A DNA stretch of 64,000 bases from assembly GCA_951406725.2 (NCBI GenBank), contig OX597823.1, positions 87,854,001-87,918,000 of the forward strand, given 5' to 3'. This document shows positions 26,348 to 40,770 of the stretch, piece after piece; the first letter of the stretch is position 1; the number at the start of each line of letters is the position of its first letter. This stretch comes from Octopus vulgaris. Its lineage: Eukaryota. The position numbers and the translations under genes were made by a program. Below the pieces are notes generated by a model, which saw nothing but the letters and a program-made list of their open reading frames with translations, was not told the origin of the DNA and made no database searches.

Positions 26348-29137
26348 CGTATATGTGTATGCGTGTAGATATATCCACACATATACGCATATGTGGAGAT
26401 ATATATATACACATATATGTTGATCTCTTAATATAGGTATATATATATGTATATACATATATGTATATGTGTGTGAATATATATACACACACATATATAT
26501 ATATCCATATATGTATGTATATATATATATATGATTACATATATATGTATATAACGGTACATTGGATGTGGGTGAAGGTATGTTTTTCTGTATATGTGCA
26601 TGAATGTGTGGCGTTCACACTTCCATGCTATAACATTTTGTTTTATTACATTCCTGTCCGATTTGGGTTTTGTTTTGTTGTACTGTTTTATGGCCATCGT
26701 ATAATTTCAGCAAAAGAAAACCTGAAGTAACAATGGAGACTTTTAACCATTTCAAAACATTGAGCCTATCATATTTTTCATGGTGTTTGTGACCAGAAAT
26801 TTAAGTGTTTTTTTTTTTTTACCAAATTACAATCATTGATATTTCAGTGAGTAATTCCATATAATAACTTCGTTGGTATACAACAAAAAAATATGTATGA
26901 TATTGTAACATGCATATTGGGCTTAGTATGCAGTTACTATCATCCTGAATCTCGTTCTATTTAGTGATTCCAAAAAAGCCAGTCCTGACGTCTCAAATTG
27001 AAAAACCTTTGTACTTGCATACATTTAGATCAAAAATTTTAAAAGTTGCTTCTTATACACGAAAGATTAAAAAAAAGCACGTAGTATTTATTGTCATCTG
27101 AGGGCATATGGACAGTTTCATTTATAATAATATGGCAAAGTTTAAATTTTAATATTATATAGTTCTTTTTTTCATGAATTTAAGACTTCATGTCTTCAAA
27201 GCGAGTTATATTTGTATTTTGATTGTTCTTACAATTTAAAGAAATATCATTTGTTTACAGATGTTGATAACTTCGTATAGGTTGGTAACTGAAGTTAATA
27301 GTTAAAGAATGCATTACAATTAAATGAATAAATAATGGATTATAATAAATAATTATGTAGTATATTTTATTACATTTCAATGAAAAAATAACTATTAGTT
27401 GCAATTTTTATGTTATATAATTATATAAACATATACAATTCAAATACTGGAAGCAAGCAAACGCATAAGAACGAAAATAACAACGTAGTTACATTCTAGA
27501 GCTATGACTTTTTAACACAAAAGTTTTGTTGATAATATATGCACGTGCATATCCACACTGATACACACGCACATATACATATATGGTTAATATACAGATA
27601 AACATTAATGAATATGTGCTTAATTAATGTGTGTGTATATATATGTGAGTGTGTATGTGGGTGTGTGTGTCTGTGTGTACGTACTTATATCCGTTTATTA
27701 AAACGTCCCAATAAAACATATGATCGTTCTTTTAAATACGTTAATATGCTACATTAACACTTTAGATGGAAATATATATAAACTGTGTGGCTCAGCTGAA
27801 ATATAGAATAATAATAATAATAATAATAATAATATGAATTAGAATTAGAAAGCATAATAATAATAACAATAATTGAAAGCCCATATTGATTCATTTTACG
27901 TAATTGCATTTCAAATTGTCAAATACCAAATGTAATATTTCTAACGAGCATTTAAAACCCATTTTCTTCTTTGTATTTTATTTTTCCTCTCTCACCTCTT
28001 TTTTTTCTCTTTCTTTTAGCATATTTCTCGCTGACTTCAAACTATATTATTTTCTTTCGAGTTTCACCAACTTTTGCTCTTTCGTTATTCTCGTCGCTAT
28101 TTTCCATCAAATATTAAATGGAAATTAAATAATATTCAGTTTTATCAACATAGGCCATTTGATTTCTTGGGGCAGTGGCATATATTTGATATGATGAGAT
28201 TTACCTAAATATTAATGGCATTTATTCAATCGCACCCGAAACATCTAAGACAGATTCCGAAACCAAGCAATATTTTGAACTCTTGTACAAAAAAGGAATA
28301 AGCTTGGGATACAGTTATATGCTCTTTCATCCGTGCAACACATTACCAAGAAAGGAAAGAAAATATGACCAAAGAGGTGCACGTAACATTGTTCTTCTTT
28401 ACGCCTTCATTTCCACAATGCTTATTTTTTATATTTATTTTTTTTATATATATAGCTCAAATTGTTAAACGTGATATAAACTGAATTATTATTTCTATAA
28501 CAATAAAATCATTAGAAAGCATAGTTAAAGCTATATAAACATTACATTGAAGCAAGTTACTATTATATATAATATTCATTGTAGTGCTATGTTCGTGTTT
28601 TTTATTATTTTGATTTGCAATACGTTTTCTTTTATATCAAATGTTTCGAATGCTTGTCCGTCATCTTATATATACGTATATATATATATATATATATATA
28701 CGTATATATCAGAGTGTATATGTTTCTGTTTTGTATATATGTATATACATATATATATATACATATATATATATGCATATATGAATATATATATGTATAT
28801 ATGTATGTGTATATATATGTACATAAATGCATATATATATATATACATATATAGATATATATACGTATATATATATATATATGTGTATATATATATATAT
28901 ATACACATATATATATATATATACACATATATATATATATATATATGCGTATATACAAATTTAACAACTAAATTGCGATTAGCATGGTACAAAACACAAA
29001 ATGTAAACATAAAATACATCAAATCAAGTCTTTGCATTCTGTTAGTAGTGTTTCTTAAAAATTAACATTTATAAAATGAATTTGATTACTATTCTGTTTA
29101 TTGGGGAAATAATGGGGATAGAATAGTTTTAACACAA

Positions 29138-29220
29138 CTCATTTCGATGCCGTGTCTCCTCTCACTGCCTCTGCCTCTCGTCTTGCTGGTGTCAATAACT
29201 GTCTTAAATACATACATATG

Positions 29221-29266
<46 letters not shown>

Positions 29267-29731
29267 AACATACAAACATAAGCATATTTATGTATACTTA
29301 CACAGATACATATTTTTATGTACGTGTGTATATATATATATATGCGTATATATATGTATGTATGTATATATGCTTAGACGCATACATATTGTATGATTTA
29401 TCGTTAAAAGAATTGAATTTGAGACGAAATTGTAAGCTTGCACATTATACGAGAACAAATCTTGCGTTGATTTGTCGTTGGTGTTCTTGTTTATTTCTTT
29501 TTTTCTGTCTTCAGGTACTGGCCATATTTTTCTGAAGTTTATTGATAACAGTATTAGTTTCTGATGTCGGATATATATATGTATATATATGCATATGCCT
29601 GTTCCTTTATACAGGTGACATATCTTGTAGAACTCCAGCTGCTTGATCTCTGGAGTCTGAGGCTCTTGGTCATTTTTCATGGCTGGGTGTCCCTATCAAT
29701 ACTTGTTGTTGATGTTCATTAAGAGTCCTTC
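29138..29731 (-). other. Cluster of up to three candidate exons
   Basis: Non-repetitive islands starting after TTTTAACAG (29731), AACTTCAG (29531) and TTTAAG (29202); donor sites are weak. Confidence 0.3.
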
Positions 29732-30254
29732 CTGTTAAAATAATACAAAAGCAGATAAATCTATCATGAATACAGTTAAATATATAACATATAAACAAAA
29801 TTAATTTACACAACAAAAAAGAGAGGAATAAAAAGACAAACCAATAATATAAGAAACATGGAATATTATAAAGTAAACAAGGAATAAACTATGGAGAATT
29901 ACTCAAATGATTTCTTCGTTAATTATTGAATGAAAGCATGGAGTCTTGGTGGCGCTTACAACACACCAAATTACAGATATCTCAAAGTAAATATATGATA
30001 ACATTGTATGGATACTAATAAAATATTAACCATATGGAATGAAGATTAACTAATTGTTATTGATACTTTAACTCTTAATATACGCAAAAGATATTAATAT
30101 ACATTTCCATCAGATTTAGATATAAAGTGTAAGTTATAATCGATATCATCGTGTAGTTTACTATATATGAATATATATAATATATATGTATATACATACA
30201 TAAATATATATATAGGTATATATATTTATGTATATAATGTATGTATGTGTGTAT

Positions 30255-30296
<42 letters not shown>

Positions 30297-30299
<3 letters not shown>

Positions 30300-30647
30300 T
30301 CAGCAACATTTAGATTCAAATGAATATGGTACTTAAGTCAGGTGCACCAGAATTTTGTATGGTGTTATCCATATAAATCCATGGTGTGATTATAATCAAA
30401 ATAAGCAACAAGAATATCTTCGGTAATTCGGTACGATCGTTTCACGCTACATCATTTTATTAAATATTGTAAGTATTACAACAATTTAAAAATGTTGAGC
30501 AATCACCAGCCATTCATAGAGGTTTTCCATTAATGCATAATTTTCATATTAGTTGATACCATTATAGAGAAGGAAGATATATAGACAAAGATGTCGATTT
30601 GAATTTTAAGAACATTAAGTAGAGTTTATCTTATGTCTGAAGAATAT

Positions 30648-30650
<3 letters not shown>
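30297..30650 (-). mobile_element. Short element between (TA)n tracts carrying a decayed hammerhead (30428-30515)
   Basis: Minus strand: TGG-CTGGTGA-long AT-rich stem II-GAAA-CGATCG-TA-CCG; the core has an A6G change. Confidence 0.6.
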
Positions 30651-30709
<59 letters not shown>

Positions 30710-31131
30710 TACAGCATGGCACGGTAAAAATAGTTCAGTGAGTTAAAGCGAGGCACAATTTATGGTGTAACAGCTCTTTCATGTTTCAAAAAATAAAACA
30801 AATTAGATTTAATGCTTCTTTTAGATGTCTGAATTTGCTTTCCTAATCTATTACTCTATTATTTGTATAACATGAACAATCGCCAGAAACGAAATGAGTA
30901 AACAAAATGACTTCTTTGTTATAATCGATGGAATCAGTATAAGCACAACATAGGAATCTGTATACCATAGCAAAAGCAAATACATGACCAAAATGCCTGG
31001 TAGCTGCGGTGTTCAACTAGTACACCGCTCTTCAACCATTTCCTGTTCATGGATCCCCTTTCATTTTTATATTACCCAAATAAACTTCCATATTTATTCG
31101 GTGTTGAAAAAAATGCATTAAAAATAGAGAA

Positions 31132-31454
31132 GTTTCCCCTTCGGTCATGAATGACAGTGGAAATGCACCCAAAAAGTTCCACCTCCTAGGCACAAGTCCA
31201 GGCAAGGTTGCTCATAGAAGACCAGCAGTTGCGCATGTATACCAGCCACCCAACCTCTCCACGCAAAGTGGAAGGCAACTACCGATACAGCTTGGCACCA
31301 GTCACTTCTCAATTCATTTCTACAGCTGAATGAACTGGAGCAACGTGAAATAAAGTGTCTTGCTCACGAAAATATAAACATCATGTCCAGGAATCGAACT
31401 CACAACCTCATCATTGTGAGCTCGACATTCTAGCCACTGCGCCACGCGCCTTCG
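31132..31454 (-). mobile_element. tRNA/CORE-like SINE, apparently nested in a decayed hAT-type MITE (about 31020-31617)
   Basis: Head GGCGCGTGGCGCAGTGGCTAGA..GAGTTCGATTCCTGG, then GAGCAAGACACTTTATTTCACG. Flanks CCGCTCTTCAACC and GTTGAGTAACACTG. Confidence 0.75.
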
Positions 31455-32258
31455 CATTATATTTTTATAACTAATATAATTAGGAATTTTATAAAGAAAA
31501 CTTTTGAAATATTTTGTGCATCATAGAAGCATAACGAATTTCTTGCCCATCCGTTTGAATAACAAATTCTTACAGGGACCACCAAGGGCCATATGGACCC
31601 TAGTTGAGTAACACTGATCTAGAGGAAGCATTTCGTACGGATGTGTAACAATTAAAATATTGAAGCATATCAGTATCAGCCGAACTGTTTCTCATGTCCG
31701 TAGTAAAATTTCTAAACATATATTGCTGCTTTGTGAGCGTCACGTGCTCAACACTTAAACACTTTTCGACTGCTTCTGATACATTTCTGAAACCATGCGT
31801 GCATACAAGAGACTTGCTCGAAACGATAGCGCTGTCTAGCAGACTTTCAATAATATATTCGATTTAAACATGTTATATAGAATGTTAAGAATGATAGTTA
31901 TTAAGAATTTTTAAAAAGTCAAATGTTACAAGCATTAATTACATAGTATGAAATATATTATTAATGTAATTACTACTACTACTGCTACTACTACTACTAC
32001 TGCTACTACTACAGAGATGATGCATTTGAGTTATTCCTTCCTCAGATACTAGATTTTATCTACATTGACTTTGAGGTCAGATGCCTTCAGTAATTTTAAG
32101 GAAATTGTGAAAACGTGGCAGCATTTCCTTATAAGGCCACCATGATTTTTTTTTTGCAAATTCTTGGCTTTAGATATTAAAACATCCGTTAACCTGATGT
32201 TGAATATTGAAAGACTCACTCCCATTTACATTAGTTTGTATTCATTACGTTAAGATTA

Positions 32259-32627
32259 TCCTTTTCTACTCTAGGCACAGGGACCGAAATTTGGGGGGAG
32301 GTGGACAGTCGACTAGGTCGACCCCAGTACGCTACCGGTACTTAATTTATCGACCCCAAAATAATGAAAGGCAAAGTCATCCTCGGCGGAAGCAAAACAA
32401 TTACTGGTCCTTTCTATTATAGGCACAAGGCCTGAAATTTAGAGGGAAGGGGCCAGTCGGTTACATCGACACCACCAGTACACAACTGGTACTTATACTA
32501 TCGACCCTGAAACGATGAAAGGCAAGGACGATCTCAACAGAATTTGAACTCAGAACGTAGAAGCAGACGAAATACTGCTAAGAATTTCGACCGGTGCGCT
32601 AAATATTTTTCTGCTAGCTCGCTGCCT
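32259..32627 (-). mobile_element. Two tandem family-A SINE copies
   Basis: Two GGCACA.GG.C.GAAATTT..GTCG..GGTACTTA..ATCGACCC units. Confidence 0.85.
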
Positions 32628-32664
32628 TATTACGTTATATATATATATAAAACAGATATAACAG

Positions 32665-32860
32665 CTAGAGCTCCACGGGTCTCCGGCGGGATGTGCGGGC
32701 GATCCCTGCTGTACTCTTTCGCCACAACTTTCTCTCTTTCTTCTGTTTGCCTGCTCGCTTAGCCAGCGGGGTGGCGCCATTTAAAGGCTAAAACAATGCG
32801 AAGCGCACTGTGACCAATGATGTGTAGCAACATCTGATAGCCTGTTCGGTCACGGTGATA
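32665..32860 (+). mobile_element. SINE 3' half
   Basis: GC-rich; CTCTTTCGCCACAACTTTCTCTC is shared in reverse with the 10065 copy. Confidence 0.65.
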
Positions 32861-33199
32861 TATAATATATATATATATACGTGTGTGTGTGTGTGTGTGT
32901 ATAATATGAAAGGTTTACTTTACTTCAGATCTAAATGGTGGGTTAATGCAATGGCAATTCCACCGTTAGGTTCCAAGATCGCAACTACAGTTAAATCTAG
33001 GGATCCGTGTTACGGTTCCCTTATAATATGTATATATGATATTACAGGAAAAAACAAAAGCAAGGCTTTAAACGAGTATCTCAAGTCATTCAGAATAAAT
33101 TTAATATGGGTAGGTGAATTTCAAGTCTTACAGCCGTTTCTAGGATAACCTAGATAACATATACATACATACACATATATAAATGTCTATATATACATA

Positions 33200-33582
33200 T
33201 TCTTTTACTTGTTTCAGTCATTTGACTGCGGCCATGTTGGAGCACCGCCTTTAATCGAGCAACTCGACCCCGGGACTTATTCTTTTGTAAGCCCAGTACT
33301 TATTCTATCGGTCTCTTTTGCCGAACCACTAAGTAACGGGGACATAAACACACCAGCATCGGTTGTCAAGCAATGCTAGGGGACAAACACAGACACACAA
33401 ACACACACACGCATATATATACATATATACGACGGGCTTCTTTCAGTTTCCGTCTACCAAATCCACTCACAAGGCCCGAGGCTATAGTAGAAGACACTTG
33501 CCCAAGGTGCCACGCAGTGGGACTGAACCCGGAACCATGTGGTTGGTAGACAAGCTACTTACCACACAGCCACTTCTGCGCG
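33200..33582 (-). mobile_element. Full-length tRNA-derived SINE (family B)
   Basis: Head GTGGCTGTGTGGTAAGTAGCTTG..GGTTCAGTCCCACTGCGTGGCACCTTGGGCAAGTGTC; tail GCCGCAGTCAAATGACTGAAACAAGTAAAAG. Confidence 0.9.
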
Positions 33583-34102
33583 TCCATATATATATATACA
33601 CAAACACACACAGACACACGCACACACATACACACACACATATAAATAAATATATATATTTATATATGTCGGAGCCTCGTTGACTTTAGGCGTTTTCGCT
33701 CAATAAACACTACGCGAGTCTGCTGCCCTAACCACTGGGCCATTGCGCCTTCGCACACACACACACACATGCATATATATATGTATATATATATGTATAT
33801 ATATATAAACGTGAAGACAGAGAGATACATAGATATAGGTGTTTATTGGCAATTTTCTTTCGACCTATTTTTAAAACCGATAAATATATTCCCAAGTTTG
33901 TGCTGATTGCACAAAGCACTCCGTTACATATACTCACGCTTACATATATTATCGACCGCACATTCTCATTGTGGATGTTGTTCGCCGCTTCGCTGCGGTG
34001 TAGCGTCTGGGTAGGCAATTTTAAATGCCGGTACAAACACAAAAATTATATGCAAAATATATATATATATATACACACGCACACATACATACATAAGTAC
34101 AT

Positions 34103-34184
<82 letters not shown>

Positions 34185-37181
34185 CATGCTTTTTTCAGTT
34201 TCCTTCGCTCACATCCACTCACAAGTTTTTGATGGACTCACAGCTAAAGTAGAGATCTTGCCAAAGGTGCACATTTTTTTGTATTTCATCCCCAAAATAT
34301 TATATTAATATATCTAATAGTTTATCCGCATAATTACTTCTATTTGTATGTATGTATGAATGCGTGTATGTATGCATACGTATATATGATTGTGGTTGTT
34401 TTATTGAGCAGATATGCCATAAACCTTTGGTCACAATTTCAATAAATATATACCTAAAATAGATAATGAAATATTTATAGTTCAGTATTAAATTAAACTT
34501 TACAATCCAAATATTAGCAGCAGAGACATTTTAGTTCATTGTTTTTTTAAATCATGATGTTGCTCGCTAGTCAAATAATTTTTAGTCGCGCTCTATTTGC
34601 TACTTCTATGGGCTGTCTTCTCTATAAATGTAGTTTACACGAAGTATTTTCTTATAATTTCCATATAATTATATTTACGTGTATTCCTGAATGTAAATTT
34701 TCGGAATAAACGTAAATTTACCATTATTTTCCTTTATACATTTTTCATACATTGCTTTATTCATTTTTCAAGCGTTATAACACTGAACGAACACGATATA
34801 CAAAACATACTCGCTAAGTTTGTACAATATTTATTGTAAACATATCACATCTCCTTTGTGTAATTTCTATCATACTCAATTCTGTTATTTTTTTACGTTC
34901 ATAATTTTTGACTACAAGTATATTAATTGAAAATATACAATTGTCACATACATTTATTCTTGAAAAATAAAAATTGTATTTAACTTTCTGCCTGTCAATA
35001 TATTAACATATCTATTGAACTATTTATCCATCTATATATCAGTCTGTCAAATGATCTCATGTTTCTCTACTTATCTATTGATATCTGTTTTAATTCGTCT
35101 GTATCATAAAGTAAGAAGAATTAACAGTAATTGCTTGACTAAGAATCTGAGATTGTCTAACATAACAGTATTTCAATAACATCATGAAATATATTCTTGC
35201 ATTTGCTTTCCTTCTCATAGCTAGTTTCAAAATTCGCTCAGCCACTTTTAGCGCTTAGAAACTAGTTTCTTGTCATACAATATACAGAGTTCTTGTCTGA
35301 TATTATACAATTAAATAACGATTTGCTATATAGGAACAATTTTCATAGAAAATTCACTGCTTTTGTTTCCAGTTAAACTTCTGATTCCAAAAGATAATTT
35401 GAACATCGTAGGAATGAGATAAAAAGTCACGTGAAGTAGGTTTGCTTTTCAAGGGGCATTTGAGTGATGCATTACGTTATATATGGAACAATTAACAAAT
35501 TAGTAATTAATGCTCCAGGTATATATATATATATCAATCTTACAATAATATACTTCAGTATCGCCAATTTTCTTTAGAACATTATAAGGGAATAAATCTC
35601 TTTTCTTCTCATTCCTTTTGAATTTTAGTCTGTGTGTTTGTCATTTTTCTTGACATAAATGCTAAAGACGAGCAAAATGATAACAAAATTTATATATATT
35701 TTAGACAGGTACACGATTGTTATATGTAAGAATTTATGCATTCGGTCTGGATTATAGTGTTACCTACACCGGATCAGGAAAAGATAATTCATTCGAATTA
35801 AATTCGTCTCATTAAATTATAACGTGTATTATTAAGTTTTTCTTGTAAAGATGTTAGACTAATGACAACTGTACGATTAGTTCATCCTCGCCACTGTCAC
35901 TGTGTAGTGTCTGGACACAAATCATATGCGAATCGAGTTACTGAAGATTATCGACAAGTAATTGTGTTCTGTATATACTTATATGTAAAAGATGTGGGAA
36001 ACAAAGGAAGAGTATAATTTATGAGGTGTAATTAACTTGTAGCTTTCGCCAATGATGCCGATTCCATCCTAAATCAATTACCAAATACCTACTGATACAA
36101 GTGAACTGGTTGTATGTTCCAGTAAGTAATATGCTTTGTTTGAAATGGCAGAACATCTGAGAATATTCTCTTATATTGAAAAAAGGTCGCTGACCTCCAG
36201 TAACAATAATAAGAATAACGTACGAGCCAACTGTAAAGTATCTGCGAGCTATATTTACTTTAGACGTAGCAACTCTATCTCCCTTATAGCATATTCTTAT
36301 ATCATGCGTCATATCATATTCATATACACTATTTTGGAATATAGTATTAGACAGACAGAAGGGTAAGGGCTGATGGGAGACGGAACACATTTCTTTTTAG
36401 AAAAGGTTTTGATTTGGTACATATGGATAAGAAACAATTAAAAAAACAAGGAGCTGAATGTCATTGACAAATTTCCACATTCGGCTTTAGTCCTTTAAAT
36501 ATTGACAGATTAATAAAAATGGAGAATATTTTCAATGCAAGAAACTAGGTGTGGAGAAAGGAGGGCTTTGTACGCAAGAATCCTATATAATATATATATT
36601 ATACAATAATATATTTCAGCATCAATATTATATTACAGGTAAAAATATATCCATTTATTTTGAAACACTCTGTGTATATCTGATGATATAATGACATTAT
36701 TTAGATTCAGTATGGCACCCTCCGGGCGGTCGTTATTGTGAATTTTGGTTGTAGGGGGTAACTATTTCCTTACAGTGAGAGACACCATTAAAATTTTGAA
36801 TTTGAAATCAAAGAAGTTTTCAAAAACACAAATAGCTTACACCTCACTCATACACACGCTAACACACACATACGCACCTTCACACGCACATATATATATA
36901 CATGATTAAATTATTTTATCTACAGGGAATTCCTTTAAAATACTAGTTTGTGATAATCATAGACAGTACTATTTTTATCTCCTTCGTAATCTTCAGCATG
37001 ACTTAATCTGTAAATTTGTTAGTTATATAACGAAAAGAAATAATGCTGTATAGTAAAAGATTAAATAAATTACAATCCCGAGGGAATTCATGAAATGTTT
37101 CCAGGGTTTCTCTTTCCCTGGACGCTATAGGTTTCCAAATTAATAGAGACTGAAGGGCGTTCATGGTGTTATTGTATAAAG

Positions 37182-37367
37182 CAGTGCTACGCAACCTTTT
37201 TTCACTTGCGGTACGCTCATGTTCTTTGCAAAATGCGGCGGCACCGCTGAACTAGAGATATAACTAAAAGTGTAGCGGAATATATTATATTTAGGCTACA
37301 CTACGGCGCACTTAGAATTGTCTCGTGGCATACTAGTGTGCGGTGGCACACTGGTTGCGGAGCACTG
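37182..37367. mobile_element. hAT-type MITE
   Basis: TIRs CAGTGCTACGCAACC / GGTTGCGGAGCACTG; imperfect 8-bp TSD GTATAAAG / GTGTATAG. Confidence 0.8.
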
Positions 37368-38041
37368 GTGTATAGAGTAATAATAGTTTCCAAGGATTTT
37401 CTACCCAGTGAAAATATTTTAGAGCTATCAGTTATTCTAGCATTAACTATAAACGACTTTACAAACTTTTATCAATATTGGTTTCGTGTAGATATCTTTG
37501 TTGGCTGCTTTCTTTTAATTCCTCTTCATAGCCAAACAGACTCACATTCATAAACACACAGCACATTCCAGCCCTCATATTTTAGATTTTGGTATGTGAA
37601 AGTTAATAGAAACCAAAAAAGAAATCTCTTTGGTATATAACTGCTATAAATCCTCCTTTCGTTTCCTACTTTAATTGCTGTCAATAAGGTCCTCATGTTT
37701 TTCTACTACCAAATGTTGATTTTATCGATAAATATACACGTTGACCCTTGTCAAAGGAAATCAATATTAGTTGACGTTATGACTATATTAAAGGAGATGC
37801 TATTCATATTATTAGCGCACACTACATTCCTTGTGGAGTTATTCAAGAGACAAGCATTATACAAATCAATATTTTTAATTATTGTTAGTAAATAATCTAT
37901 TATATATATTTCCAAAGTTAAAAACGGCGAAAAATTTATGAACACCTGAAGGAACAGAAAACTATTCTAAAAATATGAATGTAATATTATTGCGTTTATA
38001 GATTTCCTTTTCATTAGTGTGTTGTTATCAATTACGTTCTT

Positions 38042-38089
<48 letters not shown>

Positions 38090-38234
38090 TTGTCTACATT
38101 GGGAGGAGTGGATGAGTGGATTAGATCGACCCCAGCGTTCTACTGGTACTTATTTTATCGACCCTGAAAGGATGAAAGACAAAGTGACCTCATTGAATAA
38201 TAATAAGAAGAAGAAGAACAATAAGAAGAAGAAT

Positions 38235-39315
38235 ATTGCCCCGATGCAATACAAGACTTTGGCTCTCATGGTTTCTGATCTTATCTCATTGGAAATGTTA
38301 TCATGTGCATGATTTTTCTTGGTATAAAAGATGGGCTACAGCAAATATTCAGCTCAATACCACAAATTTTCTTGTGAGCTGTTTGACTTTAATCGATTGA
38401 GCATGTCCCTTAGTGGCTGACAATATTTGCATCTCTGATCACGAGCAGAAGTAGTTTTGGGAGCATCATAACCACGTTTGGAAAGGAATTCTTTGGGGTT
38501 TGAACAACTCACCTCTGGAATCATGGGTGTTTTTTTCAACATCCTTAAACTTTATTCGGGGACCTTTTGAGCGGGATGCGCTACTCGACCTGAAAAAAAT
38601 TTTTACTGGGCCACACCAGCAATGTCATGCGCTGTTCATCTTGATAGAAGATCACCATGTCGTACTCATTTTTTTTGTGATGCATGAGCCTTTTGTACCC
38701 ATATCAGACGGATAGTCTTGACGGGTATACTAGGATTCGTATAGTTGTACCCCAGTGTCACTTTGATTGCATGCACTGCTCTCTCACTCAATGATAATAA
38801 TAATAACTACTCTGATGCTGTACCAGGCAGTTACTCACATGGTTTTTGATCTTTTCTGTGCATTGTTTTGTCTTGAATAAAATATGGGCTACAATAAATA
38901 TCCTGCTCCATACCACAGATTTGCTAGTCTGCTTTTTCCCCCCGTTGAGCATTTCCCTTAGTGAGTAGAAATATTGGAGGAGCATCAGAGCCATGTTTTG
39001 AGAGAATTCTTTGAGGTTCGAATAATTCTCCTCTTGTAGCGTAGGTGCTTTTTTCAACATCCGTAAATAAAATAAATCTTATTCAGAAACCATTTGATTG
39101 GGATGGGCTACTCGACCTGAAGAAAGTTCTAACTGGGCCACCTGCAATGTTATGCACTGTTTATCTTGCTTTAAAGTGTGGAATTCACCATGTCGCGCAC
39201 GTATGGCTGTGATGCATCTGCCTGGTGTAATCTTATCAAACAGCTAGTCTTGATGGATATATTTGTAACCCAGTGTCAATTTGATGGCATGCACTGCTCT
39301 CTCAATAATAATAAT
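38235..39315 (+). mobile_element. Head-to-tail pair of about 500-550-bp non-autonomous retroposon copies with (AAT)n ends
   Basis: 38235-38790 and 38810-39305 share many blocks (ATGGGCTACA, CTACTCGACCTGA, CACCATGTCG, CCCAGTGTCA, GCATGCACTGCTCTCTCA) and each ends in AAT repeats. Confidence 0.8.
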
Positions 39316-40694
39316 GAGAATTAAAACAGTGTGCAAATGTAAGCTTTCAAGTATGTGTTCCACATTTCCTATGAAGACGAGAGCGTCAGCTTGAGAATGT
39401 GACATCTTGCATCATGATTGTTCCACTCTAATAAATTTCAACTAAAAAATACATTCTTTTTTTCACATACTTTCTCCATAAACTGTCAATTGAAGATCTC
39501 AATATGGTTAAATATACATTTCTTTAAAGTGTGGAATTCACTATTGAAACATTCACCTCTTCTCTTTTCCTTGTTTGTCAGGAACGTTAACACAGAACGT
39601 GTTCATTCTCAAAACGATTTACTGTATATATTCACCGTGCCGTTTTAGTTCACAAGGAAGTACAATAGTTACTTTCTCCCACATTGTTTCTCATTCTCTC
39701 TCACATTCATCTCTAACTCTCGCAGGCATACCCATATATATTAAACCATAAATGCATTATTACATGCAATATATATCATTATTATTGTATCTGGTACACA
39801 TATAATTATATGCACTACAGAATTATTAGCACATATTTCATTAAATATTTATTGCGTTTGTAATGTGAACCAATATAAATGATGCAATTAATATGCATCA
39901 TATCATGATAAACATACTTTATCATGTATATTTTATGAATATATACATGATAAATATATGAGTGTATATATACATATATATTTATATATGTATGTATATG
40001 TGTGTGTGTAAGCATATGACAGTATTCCCATGCATGTGTATGAGCAAAAGTAGTCCATTACATATATAAGTATTGTGTGATTTGCATTGCTCTTTATACA
40101 CTTTTGTAACAAAAACTAGCATCCGTAATACTTGTAATGTTGGCATGAATTCTTGATAAGGAAGAATAAAATCTAATCCCGATATTAAACAAATAAAATG
40201 ATCATAAAATAATGAAATGAAAATAACATGCAAAGGCACTAGGCATCATTACTAGCTGAATTGCTACTCTACTTGGCATTAAAGAGATATCAGCACTAGC
40301 ATTTCACAACAAGCAACATTAACACTGGAAACAAATATCAAATGAATATAAAAATCAAATTAAAATGCATTGATGCTAATATTTCTTTTTATTAATAAAA
40401 CAAACTATGAAAACGGATACTACATCCAAATAATATATAGTAATTTATACATGAAAGGAAACTAATGAAAATAAAAATAAACGAAAATCTACTGAACAAA
40501 CAGAAAGAAAATTTTATGAGGAGTGATATAAACAAAGTAGGTATACAAACATTAATAAATAAATAATATAGGAAAATATCCCTAAAAAAAGATCTACTCT
40601 CAAACCAAACCTCCATAATCTAAAGAAATAAACTAATCACAAGAAGAGAAATAGTCCCCACCCCCGTTTGATAATATCTGAAATATTTCATTAC

Positions 40695-40770
40695 CCTCTC
40701 TTCTCTGCCGGAAAATAGCTGACTTCCAACGGAACCTACAATGGAGGGGAGCAAAAACATTGCATACAAC
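40695..40770 (-). other. Candidate spliced exon (76 nt)
   Basis: Acceptor ..GATATCTACAG and donor AGG|GTAATG; a GC-richer island with two open frames (LYAMFLLPSIVGSVGSQLFSGREER or VVCNVFAPLHCRFRWKSAIFRQRRE). No recognisable homology. Confidence 0.3.

Noticed and set aside
36019-36390. 123-aa non-repetitive ORF and a plus-strand AG..GTAAGT exon-like segment (36041-36121)
   Set aside because: No recognisable domain; the exon-like segment has stops in all three frames.
40225-40310. miR-96/263-like words (GGCACTAG, CTTGGCA)
   Set aside because: Only short seed-like matches; no matching mature sequence or clean precursor hairpin.
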